This document shows, piece by piece, positions 20,281 to 29,638 of a stretch of 64,000 bases of DNA. Source of the DNA: an uncultured Chloroflexia bacterium. GTDB lineage: Bacteria > Chloroflexota > Chloroflexia > Thermomicrobiales > CFX8. The notes beneath the pieces were generated by a model. The model searched no databases. It was not told the DNA's origin and saw only the letters and a list, made by a program, of their open reading frames with translations. Position 1 is the stretch's first letter. Each line of letters opens with the position of its first letter. A program made the position numbers and the translations under genes. The stretch is taken from contig CAVSNU010000003.1 in the NCBI GenBank assembly GCA_963729445.1, positions 995,736 to 1,059,735 on the forward strand. The letters run 5' to 3'.

Positions 20281-22836
20281 ATGAGTCAATCGTCCCCAGA
20301 CGCTTCCAACGTATCCGGTGAAGCGATGGCAGAGCAAGAAGCTCAGGATGAGACGCTCCGGACAACATTCCATTCGACACCGGACATCAACCGCCTGGCG
20401 CCGGTTCTCCTTCCGACCCTGATCGTGCCGCAGACCCTGCTTCTGCCGCACATGTCGCTTCCTTACCCCATCGATGATGGCGAGGAGTCCAAGGCCATCG
20501 AATATGCGATGGCCCACGACCGCATGCTGCTTGTGCTCGCGGTAAACGATCAGGACGACGAAGACCTGGATTACGACGATGAAGAGACCGTCGAGACACT
20601 GGCCGAGATCTCGGAAGAGAAACCGAACTTCAGCTCGCACAGCTACGGGGTCACCGTCACTGACAATGAGCTCAGCACGGTCGGCGTGATCGCCGAGATC
20701 GGGCACAAGATCGCCCGGCCAGGCGTGCCGGCGCACGTCATCCTGCAAGGTGTCGCGCGAGGCGTCGTCTCTGGTTTTGACCAGCGCGAACCCTTCACCC
20801 TCACCCGCACGCTGCGCTCTGAGGACCCGGTTGAGGAGAGCATGGAGGCGCGCGCCGTCATGGCGAACGTCCTCGATCAGGTCGAGTCCTATGTCGGCAT
20901 GCTGCCCAACGTCCCGGAGGAAGTGGTGACGATGGTGCGCAGCGTCGAAGAGCCGGGCTGGCTGGCAGACCTGATCGCCTTCTCGCCCGAGTTTGGGCCT
21001 GCGCTGCGTCAGGAGATTCTGGAAATCCTGAACCCGGTCCAGCGGCTCCAGAAGATCAGCTCGATCCTGCAGGAGCGGTTGGAATTCCTGGCCCTGCGCC
21101 AGCAGATCCAGTCCGAGGCCCAGGCCGGCATGGATCGTCAACAGCGCGAGATCATGCTGCGGGAGCAATTGCGCACCATCCAGCGCGAGCTCGGCGATAT
21201 CTCGTCCGACGAAGCTATGGCTTCCGAGTTCCGCGAGAAGATCGAAGCCTGCGGCATGCCCGAGGAGGTCAAGGCCAAAGCGCTGCTCCAGGTAGGCCGG
21301 CTCGAGCAGCAGCACCCATTCTCGCCTGAGATCGGCATCATCCAGTCGTATCTCGATTGGCTCACCGAGCTGCCCTGGTCAGTTCAGACAGAAGATCAGC
21401 TTGACCTCGTGCGCGCCGCCGAGATCCTTGACGAAGACCATTACGGTCTGACCAAGGTAAAAGAGCGCATCCTGGAGTTCATCGCCGTGCGCAAGCTCGC
21501 CGGCGACAAGATGCGTTCACCGATCCTCTGTTTCGTTGGACCTCCGGGCGTCGGGAAGACCAGCCTCGGGAAATCGATCGCGCGAGCGCTCGGCCGCTCC
21601 TACTCACGCATGTCGCTCGGTGGTGTGCGCGACGAGGCCGAGATCCGGGGCCACCGGCGCACCTACGTCGGCGCGATGCCAGGCCGCGTGATCAAGGCGA
21701 TCCGCGACGCCGGCACGCGCAACCCGGTGATCGTGCTGGACGAGATCGACAAGGTTGGCTCGGACACGTTCCGGGGCGACCCATCGTCTGCGCTGCTCGA
21801 AGTGCTCGATCCGGAGCAGAACAACAGCTTCTCCGATCACTATCTGGAGGTGCCGTTCGACCTGTCGAAGGTCATGTTTATCACCACCGCCAACATGCTC
21901 GACCCGATTCCGCCGGCGTTGCGAGACCGCATGGAGATCATCGAGGTCCCGAGCTACACCGAGGTTGAGAAGCTGGAGATCGCCCGGCACTTCCTGATTC
22001 CCAAGGCGATGGAAGCCCACGGCTTGCAAGCGGAGCAGTTGACAGTTTCCGAAGACGCTGTCTTGCAGCTCATCCGGGAGTACACCTACGAGGCGGGCGT
22101 CCGCAACCTGGACCGCGAGATCGCGTCAGTCTGTCGCAAAGTCGCCCGCAAGATGGCCGAGGACGACGCACTCGAGCACTACGAGGTGGATACCGGCACC
22201 ATCGGCGAGCTGCTCGGCATTCCGCGCTACGAGTACGGACTTGCCGGAGAGACCGACGAAATCGGCATCTCGACCGGCGCGGCCGTGACGGGCGCTGGCG
22301 GCGATCTGCTCTCGATCGAGGTCACGCTCATGAAGGGCAAGGGTGACCTGCTGCTGACCGGTCAGCTGGGTGACGTGATGCAGGAGTCGGCGCGCGCCGC
22401 CATCTCATACGCGCGCTCGCACGCCGACCAGCTCGGCATCCAGCCCGATTTCTTCGACACGCACACCATCCATCTGCACGTCCCGGCCGGTGCCGTGCCG
22501 AAGGACGGACCATCGGCCGGCCTCCCGATCGCAACGGCGCTCGTCTCAGCTTTGACCGGCATCCCCATTCGCAAGGATGTCGCCATGACCGGCGAGATCA
22601 CCCTGCGTGGCAAGGTACTGCCGATCGGCGGGCTGCGTGAGAAGACGCTCGCTGCCCGGCGCGGCGGCATCACCAGTTTCGTAGCGCCGCAGCGCAACGC
22701 CAAGGACCTTGGCGAGCTACCACAGTCCCTCAAGGAGCAGCTGGATATCCGCCTCGTCACCCGCATCGACGAAGCCCTCGAGATCGCCCTGACCCAGCCG
22801 ATTCGCATCCGCGGTGAGTTGACGGCGGCGACCTAA
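20281..22836 (+). CDS. lon: ATP-dependent Lon protease
   Basis: DHYGL, GPPGVGKTS, RGHRRTYVGAMPG, LDEIDK, PKDGPSAG (catalytic Ser), PIGGLREK (Lys). Confidence 0.97.
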   Translation: MSQSSPDASNVSGEAMAEQEAQDETLRTTFHSTPDINRLAPVLLPTLIVPQTLLLPHMSLPYPIDDGEESKAIEYAMAHDRMLLVLAVNDQDDEDLDYDDEETVETLAEISEEKPNFSSHSYGVTVTDNELSTVGVIAEIGHKIARPGVPAHVILQGVARGVVSGFDQREPFTLTRTLRSEDPVEESMEARAVMANVLDQVESYVGMLPNVPEEVVTMVRSVEEPGWLADLIAFSPEFGPALRQEILEILNPVQRLQKISSILQERLEFLALRQQIQSEAQAGMDRQQREIMLREQLRTIQRELGDISSDEAMASEFREKIEACGMPEEVKAKALLQVGRLEQQHPFSPEIGIIQSYLDWLTELPWSVQTEDQLDLVRAAEILDEDHYGLTKVKERILEFIAVRKLAGDKMRSPILCFVGPPGVGKTSLGKSIARALGRSYSRMSLGGVRDEAEIRGHRRTYVGAMPGRVIKAIRDAGTRNPVIVLDEIDKVGSDTFRGDPSSALLEVLDPEQNNSFSDHYLEVPFDLSKVMFITTANMLDPIPPALRDRMEIIEVPSYTEVEKLEIARHFLIPKAMEAHGLQAEQLTVSEDAVLQLIREYTYEAGVRNLDREIASVCRKVARKMAEDDALEHYEVDTGTIGELLGIPRYEYGLAGETDEIGISTGAAVTGAGGDLLSIEVTLMKGKGDLLLTGQLGDVMQESARAAISYARSHADQLGIQPDFFDTHTIHLHVPAGAVPKDGPSAGLPIATALVSALTGIPIRKDVAMTGEITLRGKVLPIGGLREKTLAARRGGITSFVAPQRNAKDLGELPQSLKEQLDIRLVTRIDEALEIALTQPIRIRGELTAAT

Positions 22837-22856
22837 CATCAACGAAACTCGCCTTT

Positions 22857-22901
22857 CGCAGTCCCCGGAAAGAGTGCTCTCTGCGGGGACTGCGTCGTTT
22901 T
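22857..22901 (+). terminator. Intrinsic terminator after lon
   Basis: cgcagtcccc ... ggggactgcg stem followed by tcgtttt. Confidence 0.7.
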
Positions 22902-23021
22902 ACGGCTTTGGTACCTCCCGGCACTGGCGTTACGCTGGATGGCTATCCATAATGCAATACATGCTGCACCACAATGAAGCAGCCAAGATTCTGTGTCGCC
23001 TCCGGGGGAAGGAAATAGGGC

Positions 23022-23495
23022 GTGCTCAATCTGTTACCGGTACCTCTGCCCTGGTATATCGTCGGGCCACTCATGGGCCTGGTCGTGGCCGGCCTCTATG
23101 CCTCGACCAACAAGCACTTCGGCATCAGTGGGGCCTACGTCCAGATGGTGAGCCTGGCTCAGAGGCGGCCCGTCGAGGCGTGGCGGCTGTGGCTGCTCGG
23201 CGGCACTGTCGTTGGGGCGGCGTTCGTGGCGGTGCTAGGCGAGAGTCCGCAGTTCGGTCTCGGCTATGGGGTTCTGGGAGAGCTGTTGCCGCTTGGGGCG
23301 TTGGTGCTGGTGCTTTTCGCCGGGGGATTGCTGATCGGCTACGGCGCGCGTTGGGCCGGAGCCTGCACGTCCGGCCACGGGCTGAGCGGCTGCGCCACCC
23401 GCTCGCCAGGCAGCCTGGTTGCGATCGTGACCTTCATGGTCACAGCCGTCGGAGTTACGCTGCTCCTGCATCTGGCGACGGGAGGCCGGCTGTGA
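23022..23495 (+). CDS. YeeE/YedE family sulfur-compound transporter half
   Basis: FGISG, GARWAGACTSGHG motif. Confidence 0.9.
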   Translation: MLNLLPVPLPWYIVGPLMGLVVAGLYASTNKHFGISGAYVQMVSLAQRRPVEAWRLWLLGGTVVGAAFVAVLGESPQFGLGYGVLGELLPLGALVLVLFAGGLLIGYGARWAGACTSGHGLSGCATRSPGSLVAIVTFMVTAVGVTLLLHLATGGRL

Positions 23496-23950
23496 ATCGC
23501 TTGAATCTCGTCTGCTCGCTCTTCGGTCTTGCGTTCGGTTTTCTGTTCGCGGCAGCCGGATTGAACCAGTACGATGTCATCCACAGCATGTTGCTTCTGG
23601 AGAACTTCGAACCCTTCCTGATCATGGGCTCAGCCATGGGAACAGCTCTGCCGATCCTGTGGATTCTGGAGAAGCGTGGCTGGCACACTCCGCTCGGCGG
23701 CCAGCTGACCCTGACACGCTGGCAGTTCGAGAGCAAGCACATCGGCGGCGGCATTGTGTTCGGAACGGGCTGGGCGATTACCGGCGCATGTCCGGGCACG
23801 ATCTCCACGACGATCGGCGCGGGCAGCCTGCTCGGCGTTGTGCTCATGGCTGGCGCGCTGGCCGGCATCGTGGCGCGGGACACGGTTGCGCGCAAACTCG
23901 CTCCGCCCCAGGCACAACCAAGCGCAGAAGCGTTCACGACTGCCGGCTAG
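23492..23950 (+). CDS. YeeE/YedE family sulfur-compound transporter half
   Basis: GTG overlapping the previous stop; GGIVFGTGWAITGACPG motif. Confidence 0.88.
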   Translation: MNRLNLVCSLFGLAFGFLFAAAGLNQYDVIHSMLLLENFEPFLIMGSAMGTALPILWILEKRGWHTPLGGQLTLTRWQFESKHIGGGIVFGTGWAITGACPGTISTTIGAGSLLGVVLMAGALAGIVARDTVARKLAPPQAQPSAEAFTTAG

Positions 23951-23955
23951 CTGCG

Positions 23956-23989
23956 CATTGTGACCGTCGTCGCAGTGTCATACTCGTGC
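23956..23989. repeat. Direct repeat copy 1
   Basis: cattgtgaccgtcgtcgcagtgtcatactcgtgc; recurs at 24430-24479 with an internal duplication. Confidence 0.9.
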
Positions 23990-24254
23990 ATTCTACCTAG
24001 ACGCTCGGCTTCAGAAACATAGTAGTTAGCAAAGGAATTAAAACAACGTGGCCAAAGTATCCGCTTCCTGATCAAAAAGTACGAAAGTCCCGCGATCTGA
24101 GAGTTTTATGCCCACCAACGTACCTTTACTTCCATTACTGTGGAACCATATAATGCCATGTATGAACGTACATTCCACCGTCAATGCCGCTTAGAGAACG
24201 TTTGGGCAGCGTGATCACAATGGAAGCGTAGATTCTTAAGAGATCCAGCGACAA

Positions 24255-24330
24255 TTGAATAAGGCGGTGATGAAGCACGGGTTGTATTTGGGCACCTAAC
24301 CCGTGTGGAGCCAGTGGTGCAACCGGCCGA
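24255..24330 (+). ncRNA. c-di-GMP-II riboswitch
   Basis: gatgaa kink-turn strand, stem acgggtt/aacccgt with gggcac loop, then gagccagtggtgcaaccggcc (gcac/gtgc pseudoknot); matches the class II consensus as I recall it. Confidence 0.85.
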
Positions 24331-24350
24331 CTCGTCGAGCCGGTTTTTTT
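24321..24350 (+). terminator. Riboswitch-overlapping intrinsic terminator
   Basis: aaccggc-cgactcgtcga-gccggtt plus T run; the 5' arm is the aptamer 3' end. Confidence 0.85.
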
Positions 24351-24429
24351 GTGCCCGCAATTCAGTTCCTTTTAAACCGTATATGTGGTTAAGAACATAT
24401 GAGTGCTACTCAAAATTCCTGTAAAAGGC

Positions 24430-24479
24430 CATTGTGACCGTCGTCGCAGTGGTCTATACTCGCAGTGTCATACTCGTGC
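24430..24479 (+). promoter_or_regulatory. Direct repeat copy 2; forms a sigma70-like promoter for darA
   Basis: TTGTGA-17 nt-TATACT within the repeat. Confidence 0.6.
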
Positions 24480-24540
24480 GTGAGCATGTCTAGGACAGAT
24501 TCAGGTGCGGCCTGGCCGTGCCCAACCGGGGGTAAGCTGC

Positions 24541-24876
24541 ATGAAGCTCATTTTCGCGATCGTCCAGGACGAAGATGTCGAAAACCTATCGGATGCTCTG
24601 GTTGCCGAGGGATTCCGCTCAACCCGCATCGGCAGCACCGGCTCTTTCCTGCGGATGGGCAACAGCAGTCTCATGATCGGCGTGGAGGATCATCAGGTTC
24701 CTCACGTCACATCCATCGTGCGACGCACTTGCCGGCGCAGAAAGCAGATGGCAGTCCCGTATTCACCTGCCCTCGAACCGGGCTTGCTCTACATGCCGGA
24801 GAACTTCGAAGTCGAAGTTGGCGGCGCGGTCCTCATGGTCCACAACGTTGAGCGTTTCGAACGCGTTCTCGTCTAG
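24541..24876 (+). CDS. darA: Cyclic-di-AMP receptor, PII-like (DarA/PstA, DUF970)
   Basis: MKLIFAIVQDED, STRIGSTGSFLRMGN, CRRR, VEVGGA. Confidence 0.9.
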   Translation: MKLIFAIVQDEDVENLSDALVAEGFRSTRIGSTGSFLRMGNSSLMIGVEDHQVPHVTSIVRRTCRRRKQMAVPYSPALEPGLLYMPENFEVEVGGAVLMVHNVERFERVLV

Positions 24877-24896
24877 ATTCACCTTCAACATGGTTC

Positions 24897-25226
24897 CGTA
24901 GCGGCGCAATTCATTGCGTGGCATCTGACCACCAGGGTGTCCGAGAGGACGCGGTGATGGAACTTGACCTCGTAATCCGCTATGCACAAACATTCGTAGC
25001 GGCGCAATAAATTGCGCCCTCTCCGGCGTCCGAGTCGCCAAGCAAGGCGCAATGATGAAGATGTCCTGGTTTATCCGATAATTGAGAGGGCATCGTCTGC
25101 GTAGCGGCGCAATGCATTGCGCCCTCTCCGGCGCCCGAGCGGTCAGGCAAGGCGCAATAAATTGCGCCGCTACGCGTTCCTATTTACCGGATCAATCAGG
25201 ACAACCTCATCATTGCGCCGCTACGC
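24897..25226. repeat. GTAG-type REP cluster
   Basis: cgtagcggcgcaat(aa/gc/tc)attgcg at about 24897, 24995 and 25100; inverse attgcgccgctacg at about 25160 and 25212. Confidence 0.85.
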
Positions 25227-25428
25227 ATTCCTGATGAACAGATGAAGTCGGACACCTCCATCATGGGGCCCGTGCGAACCAAAGTGGCCCTTGCAAATAG
25301 CGGCTTACGTTGGACAATAGCAGCGTCGCGCCGTTTCCAGCGCCCCGGTATCCGCGCGAGGGGTAGTGAGCTGCGCCCGGACGAAGAACGACGTCCTGTT
25401 GTTGGACCCTATATGAAAGGATCGCCTG

Positions 25429-26607
25429 TTGGCTCAAGGTACCTGTACAGCGGTTGACCGCGACAAGCTCATTGAGATCGTACGCGACCTGGTGAGCATC
25501 CCCAGTGTCTCCGGTGACGAGAAGCAGATCATGGAGCACGTGGCCGGCTTCTTTGATGCCGCCGGCATCGACTATGTCGTGAGCGCCAACGATCCCGATC
25601 GCCCCAACGTCATCGCGACCATTGGCAACGGCAACGGTCCCACCATCGCCATGAACGGTCACCTCGATACGGTGCCGATTTCCGACCCTGACCGCTGGCA
25701 GACCGCCCCGTTCCAGGGCGTCGTCTCCGAAGACGGCAAGCGCATCTATGGCCGGGGCTCGTCCGACATGAAGGGCGCGGTCGGTGTCATGCTCTACACC
25801 ATGCTCGCACTCAAAGATGAGCCGCTGAACGGCAAGCTCCAGGTGCACGTCGTTTCCGACGAGGAGCGCGGCGCCGATTTCGGTACCAAGCACGTGATCG
25901 GCGAGATCGAAGCCGGCCGGCTGGACCGCCCTGATTACGTCCTGATCGGTGAGAGCAGCCAGCTCAAGGTGCGCAATGCGGAGCGGGGTATCTTCGGCTT
26001 CAAGGTGCGCTTCATCGGCCGAGCCTCGCACACCGCCGCAGCCCGCGTCACCGGCATCAACGCCATCGCGCTGGCCGCAAAGGGCATCCTGGCGCTCGAA
26101 GGCGATCTTGACAAGCACCACCCAGCCGTCGGCAAGCCCGTCATTAGCGTGAACATCATCGAGGGCGGCGTGGTCTCGAACGTGGTGCCTGGCGAGTGCA
26201 CCATCACCGTCGACCGCCGGACGATCCCCGGTGAGACTGATGAGACGGTTCTCGCTGAGGTACGAGCGCAGCTCGATGCCGTCAAAGCTGAGGACCCGAA
26301 CTTCAACTACGAGATCATCCCCTCGCGCGAAGAAGGCTATACTCCGGCGAACATCACCGAAGAGAACTCTCCCATCGTCCGGGCCGTGCAGGAGAGCGTC
26401 CGCGAGGTTACCGGCGCCGAACCAGAGTTCTTCGCAACCTGGGCTGGTGCGACCGATGGCAGGCTCTACCGCTTCGCCGGGATCGACACGGTTGGCTTCG
26501 GACCGAGCGGCGAGAATGCGCACGGCGCAAACGAGGCCGTCTTCGTTGACGACCTCGTCACCCAGGCGCAGGTGTTTGCCGCCACGGCCCGCCGAATCCT
26601 GAAATAA
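25429..26607 (+). CDS. M20 family metallopeptidase/deacylase (ArgE/DapE-like)
   Basis: NGHLDTVP, GRGSSDMKG, DEE, GES, ATDG, AHGANE. Confidence 0.92.
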   Translation: MAQGTCTAVDRDKLIEIVRDLVSIPSVSGDEKQIMEHVAGFFDAAGIDYVVSANDPDRPNVIATIGNGNGPTIAMNGHLDTVPISDPDRWQTAPFQGVVSEDGKRIYGRGSSDMKGAVGVMLYTMLALKDEPLNGKLQVHVVSDEERGADFGTKHVIGEIEAGRLDRPDYVLIGESSQLKVRNAERGIFGFKVRFIGRASHTAAARVTGINAIALAAKGILALEGDLDKHHPAVGKPVISVNIIEGGVVSNVVPGECTITVDRRTIPGETDETVLAEVRAQLDAVKAEDPNFNYEIIPSREEGYTPANITEENSPIVRAVQESVREVTGAEPEFFATWAGATDGRLYRFAGIDTVGFGPSGENAHGANEAVFVDDLVTQAQVFAATARRILK

Positions 26608-26635
26608 TCCGGCAGCAATATCGTGAAAATACTTG

Positions 26636-26691
26636 TTGTGCTGAGGTACGATTCACGGTAGAATTGCGGTAGAAATAGAACATATTTTCTA
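26636..26691 (+). promoter_or_regulatory. recA promoter with LexA (GAAC-N4-GTTC type) box
   Basis: TTGTGC-17-TAGAAT, followed by tagaacatattttcta (26676-26691), one mismatch from the SOS box. Confidence 0.7.
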
Positions 26692-26731
26692 GTCCATTCG
26701 ACCGTTGAACACGGAAGAGAACGGTAGGCAC

Positions 26732-27784
26732 ATGAGCACTGAACGAGAAAAAGCGGTCGATTCGGCAATTGCAACGATTGAGCGCGCCTTTGGCAAAGGC
26801 TCGATCATGAAGCTGGGCGAAGCGTCGCGGGTTCACGTTGAAGCGATTCCGACGGGGACGATCGCTCTGGATCTTGCCCTCGGCGTTGGCGGCATCCCGC
26901 GTGGCCGTGTCACAGAGATCTACGGCCCAGAGTCCAGCGGCAAGACCACCCTGGCCCAGCACATCATCGCCGAGGCCCAGAAGCTGGGCGGAATCGCTGC
27001 GTACATCGATGCTGAGCACGCATTCGATCCACTCTACGCTGAGAAGTGCGGCGTCAACCTGGATGAGCTCCTCATCTCCCAGCCCGACACCGGCGAGCAA
27101 GCACTCGAGATCGCAGAGACACTGGTGCGCTCCGGGGCGATCGATATCGTCGTTGTTGACTCGGTCGCAGCGCTCGTGCCACGAGCTGAGATCGAGGGTG
27201 ACATGGGCGACTCGCACGTCGGACTCCAGGCCCGTCTGATGAGCCAGGCGCTGCGCAAGCTGACCGGCGCGATCTCCAAGTCACGCACGTCGGTTATCTT
27301 TATCAACCAGCTACGCATGAAGATCGGCGTCATGTTCGGCAGCCCGGAGACGACCTCCGGCGGCCAGGCGCTGAAGTTCTACTGCTCGGTCCGCATGGAC
27401 ATCCGCCGCATCGAGCAGATCAAGCGCGGCACCGACACCGTCGGCAACCGTGTACGTGTCAAGGTGGTCAAGAACAAGGTTGCCCCACCATTCCGCCAGG
27501 CGGAGTTCGACATCATGTACAACGAGGGCATCTCGAAGGCAGGCAGCATCCTCGACGTCGGTGTCGATCTTGGCATCATCAAGAAGAGCGGCGCGTGGTT
27601 CTACCTCGACGAGGAGCGCCTCGGTCAGGGCCGTGAGAACGCCAAGCAGTTCCTGAACGCCAACGTGGACCTCATGACCGGCATCGAAGACCGCATCCGT
27701 GACCTCTCGCCCGAGCTCAACGGTCACAAGCCCGAGGCGGAGATCCCCGCCGATGACGGAGTGCTTGAGGACGAGATCCACTAG
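26732..27784 (+). CDS. recA: Recombinase A
   Basis: [43 protein letters not shown]. Confidence 0.99.
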   Translation: MSTEREKAVDSAIATIERAFGKGSIMKLGEASRVHVEAIPTGTIALDLALGVGGIPRGRVTEIYGPESSGKTTLAQHIIAEAQKLGGIAAYIDAEHAFDPLYAEKCGVNLDELLISQPDTGEQALEIAETLVRSGAIDIVVVDSVAALVPRAEIEGDMGDSHVGLQARLMSQALRKLTGAISKSRTSVIFINQLRMKIGVMFGSPETTSGGQALKFYCSVRMDIRRIEQIKRGTDTVGNRVRVKVVKNKVAPPFRQAEFDIMYNEGISKAGSILDVGVDLGIIKKSGAWFYLDEERLGQGRENAKQFLNANVDLMTGIEDRIRDLSPELNGHKPEAEIPADDGVLEDEIH

Positions 27785-27817
27785 CCTCGCAAGTATCAAA
27801 ACTCGATTTACTCTCTC

Positions 27818-27845
27818 AAGGGCGCGAGCGATTCGCGCCCTTTTC
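27818..27845 (+). terminator. Intrinsic terminator after recA
   Basis: aagggcgcga-gcgat-tcgcgccctt plus tt. Confidence 0.8.
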
Positions 27846-27994
27846 CGTACCCGTTATGGCGTCTGTTGTGGTTATCAACGAGGGTTCCCTGAAGCGCGAA
27901 GACCGTCCAGAAAGAGTCATCTCGGCCGGAGCCCCACGACTCCGCCCAAGACCGGCTCCGCAGGAGCACCCTACAAATGCCCTTCCGCTCGGTG

Positions 27995-28028
27995 AAAAAG
28001 AAAAAAGCCCTGGGATTTCTCCCAGAGC
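27995..28028 (-). terminator. Intrinsic terminator on minus strand
   Basis: Minus strand gctctggga-gaaa-tcccagggc followed by ttttttcttttt. Confidence 0.85.
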
Positions 28029-28137
28029 CATGACCTGCCCCCGAAAACGAGTCCCCCGAGGATGAGAGTCCCCGGGGGTAGAGCGGCAGCGTGCTTTGGT
28101 CATTTCTCTCGCGTCTGAGCAACCACTCAGTTTTGCG

Positions 28138-28614
28138 CTACGCCTGCGCGTAGGCTTGCTCGAGTGTGGGGATGTCGATCTTGGTCATCTGAAGCATCGC
28201 CTGCATGACCCTGTTCGCCCTCTCGGGATCCTCGTCCTGCAACATCTCGATCAGGACAGACGGAATGACCTGCCATGACAGACCGAACTTGTCTTTCAGC
28301 CAGCCGCACTGACTGGTCTCTCCGCCTTCTGACAGCTTCTCCCACAGCTCATCGACTTCTTCCTGCGACTGGCAGTCGATGACGAACGAAATGGCCTCTG
28401 TGAACTTGAAATGTGGGCCGCCATTGAACGCCTCGAACTCCTGCCCGTCGAGCCGGAACGAAGTGGTCATGACCGTTCCCTTCGCCCCTGGCCCGGCGTC
28501 GCCGTAGCGATTGATGCTCAGAACCTCGGAATTCTTGAAGATCGACACGTAGAAATTCGTTGCCTCTTCGGCCTTGTCATCGAACCACAAGAACGGGGTG
28601 ATTTTCGGCGTCAT
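28138..28614 (-). CDS. VOC family (PhnB/3-demethylubiquinone-9 methyltransferase-like) protein
   Basis: KITPFLWFDDKAEEA, NGGP, CGWLKDKFGLSWQV. Confidence 0.93.
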   Translation of the reverse strand: MTPKITPFLWFDDKAEEATNFYVSIFKNSEVLSINRYGDAGPGAKGTVMTTSFRLDGQEFEAFNGGPHFKFTEAISFVIDCQSQEEVDELWEKLSEGGETSQCGWLKDKFGLSWQVIPSVLIEMLQDEDPERANRVMQAMLQMTKIDIPTLEQAYAQA

Positions 28615-28877
28615 GGTGTACTCCTCTTTGCTTGAGTCTACGCGTACGTGGTTACCGCTCAGCAACCTCTACACCTAGTCGATTGGACATGGCTGATATC
28701 GACAACGGATGGCAGACCGATCCAACAACCGAGTGAGACTTACTGAGCCCGAGTGAAACAGAGGGCTGAGTGAGAGCGGAAAGATCGTCGGTTTGGACGG
28801 TGAGATACCTGCGCGATGCTCCATTAGTCATTACGACTCTCGCTTGACGCTAAACGTCCTGCGAACCATTACCGCAC

Positions 28878-29252
28878 TCAATTTCGCGGCAACGTCGTCA
28901 GGTGTAGAACAAGGTTGTCGTGATCGTCGGCACGGTGGATGAGAAGATGATGTTCGACCCGAAGCAGGAGCTCCCCTATTGGCACTCGACGCGCAAGGAT
29001 GACCCCGGCATGCCTCTCACCACGCGCCTGCCACTCTTTCACGAGACGCAAGTAATCACTCACATCATGTGTAAGAATCACGCGCCCTTGTTCCGTTGCG
29101 AAACGCAATTGCCAGTCGTCCGAAAGTGAACGACCAGCATTACCTGCATCCCGACACGATAGGGCGTCAAAGCCGCGTAACGTGAGTTGGGGCGCCACAC
29201 GTGAGTGAACGTCCTCGTCGGTATATAGCCTGATACGCCGATCGACGTTCAT
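28878..29252 (-). CDS. DUF5615 PIN-like toxin (VapC45 type)
   Basis: LYTDEDV, SDDWQL, GRVILTHDVSDY, HAGVI. Confidence 0.85.
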   Translation of the reverse strand: MNVDRRIRLYTDEDVHSRVAPQLTLRGFDALSCRDAGNAGRSLSDDWQLRFATEQGRVILTHDVSDYLRLVKEWQARGERHAGVILARRVPIGELLLRVEHHLLIHRADDHDNLVLHLTTLPRN

Positions 29253-29521
29253 TCAGAGGTGGACAGGAAAGCCTCTAGGGCTGCCTTCTGCCGAGCGATG
29301 TCCTCATCTACCAGATCAGGGTACTCTCGGTAGTACTCAAGAGCAGCTTCGATTTCCTCTTGTGTGAGGTGTTGCAAGGCATCCTGGACCTCGTTCATTT
29401 CGCCTGGATGAAGATGATAATACAACTCGATGATTGCTCGAACTGGGGTCCGAGTACCAGCGATGATCGGGTAGCCACCCTGCACGCCCGGGATCTGAGT
29501 GATGATGTGTGTTCTTTGCAT
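29249..29521 (-). CDS. DUF433 antitoxin (VapB45 type)
   Basis: PGVQGGYPIIAGTRTPV, LTQEEIEAALEYY; overlaps the PIN gene by 4 nt. Confidence 0.88.
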   Translation of the reverse strand: MQRTHIITQIPGVQGGYPIIAGTRTPVRAIIELYYHLHPGEMNEVQDALQHLTQEEIEAALEYYREYPDLVDEDIARQKAALEAFLSTSE

Positions 29522-29586
29522 GACAACCTCTGAGTTCGACGCTCATCATTTTGCCTGGCTCAGCACATCATAACATTCAGATACAG

Positions 29587-29616
29587 AAAAACAGGCGGCC
29601 CAGAAAGGCCGCCTGT
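29587..29616 (-). terminator. Intrinsic terminator after NlpC/P60 gene
   Basis: acaggcggcc-N6-ggccgcctgt with T run on the minus strand. Confidence 0.85.
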
Positions 29617-29638
29617 CTCAATACCGTCTAGCTTGGAT

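Noticed and set aside
24391-24410. CIRCE (HrcA) or LexA site near darA
   Set aside because: Only half-sites (gagtgcta; agaacatat) without the required partner arms
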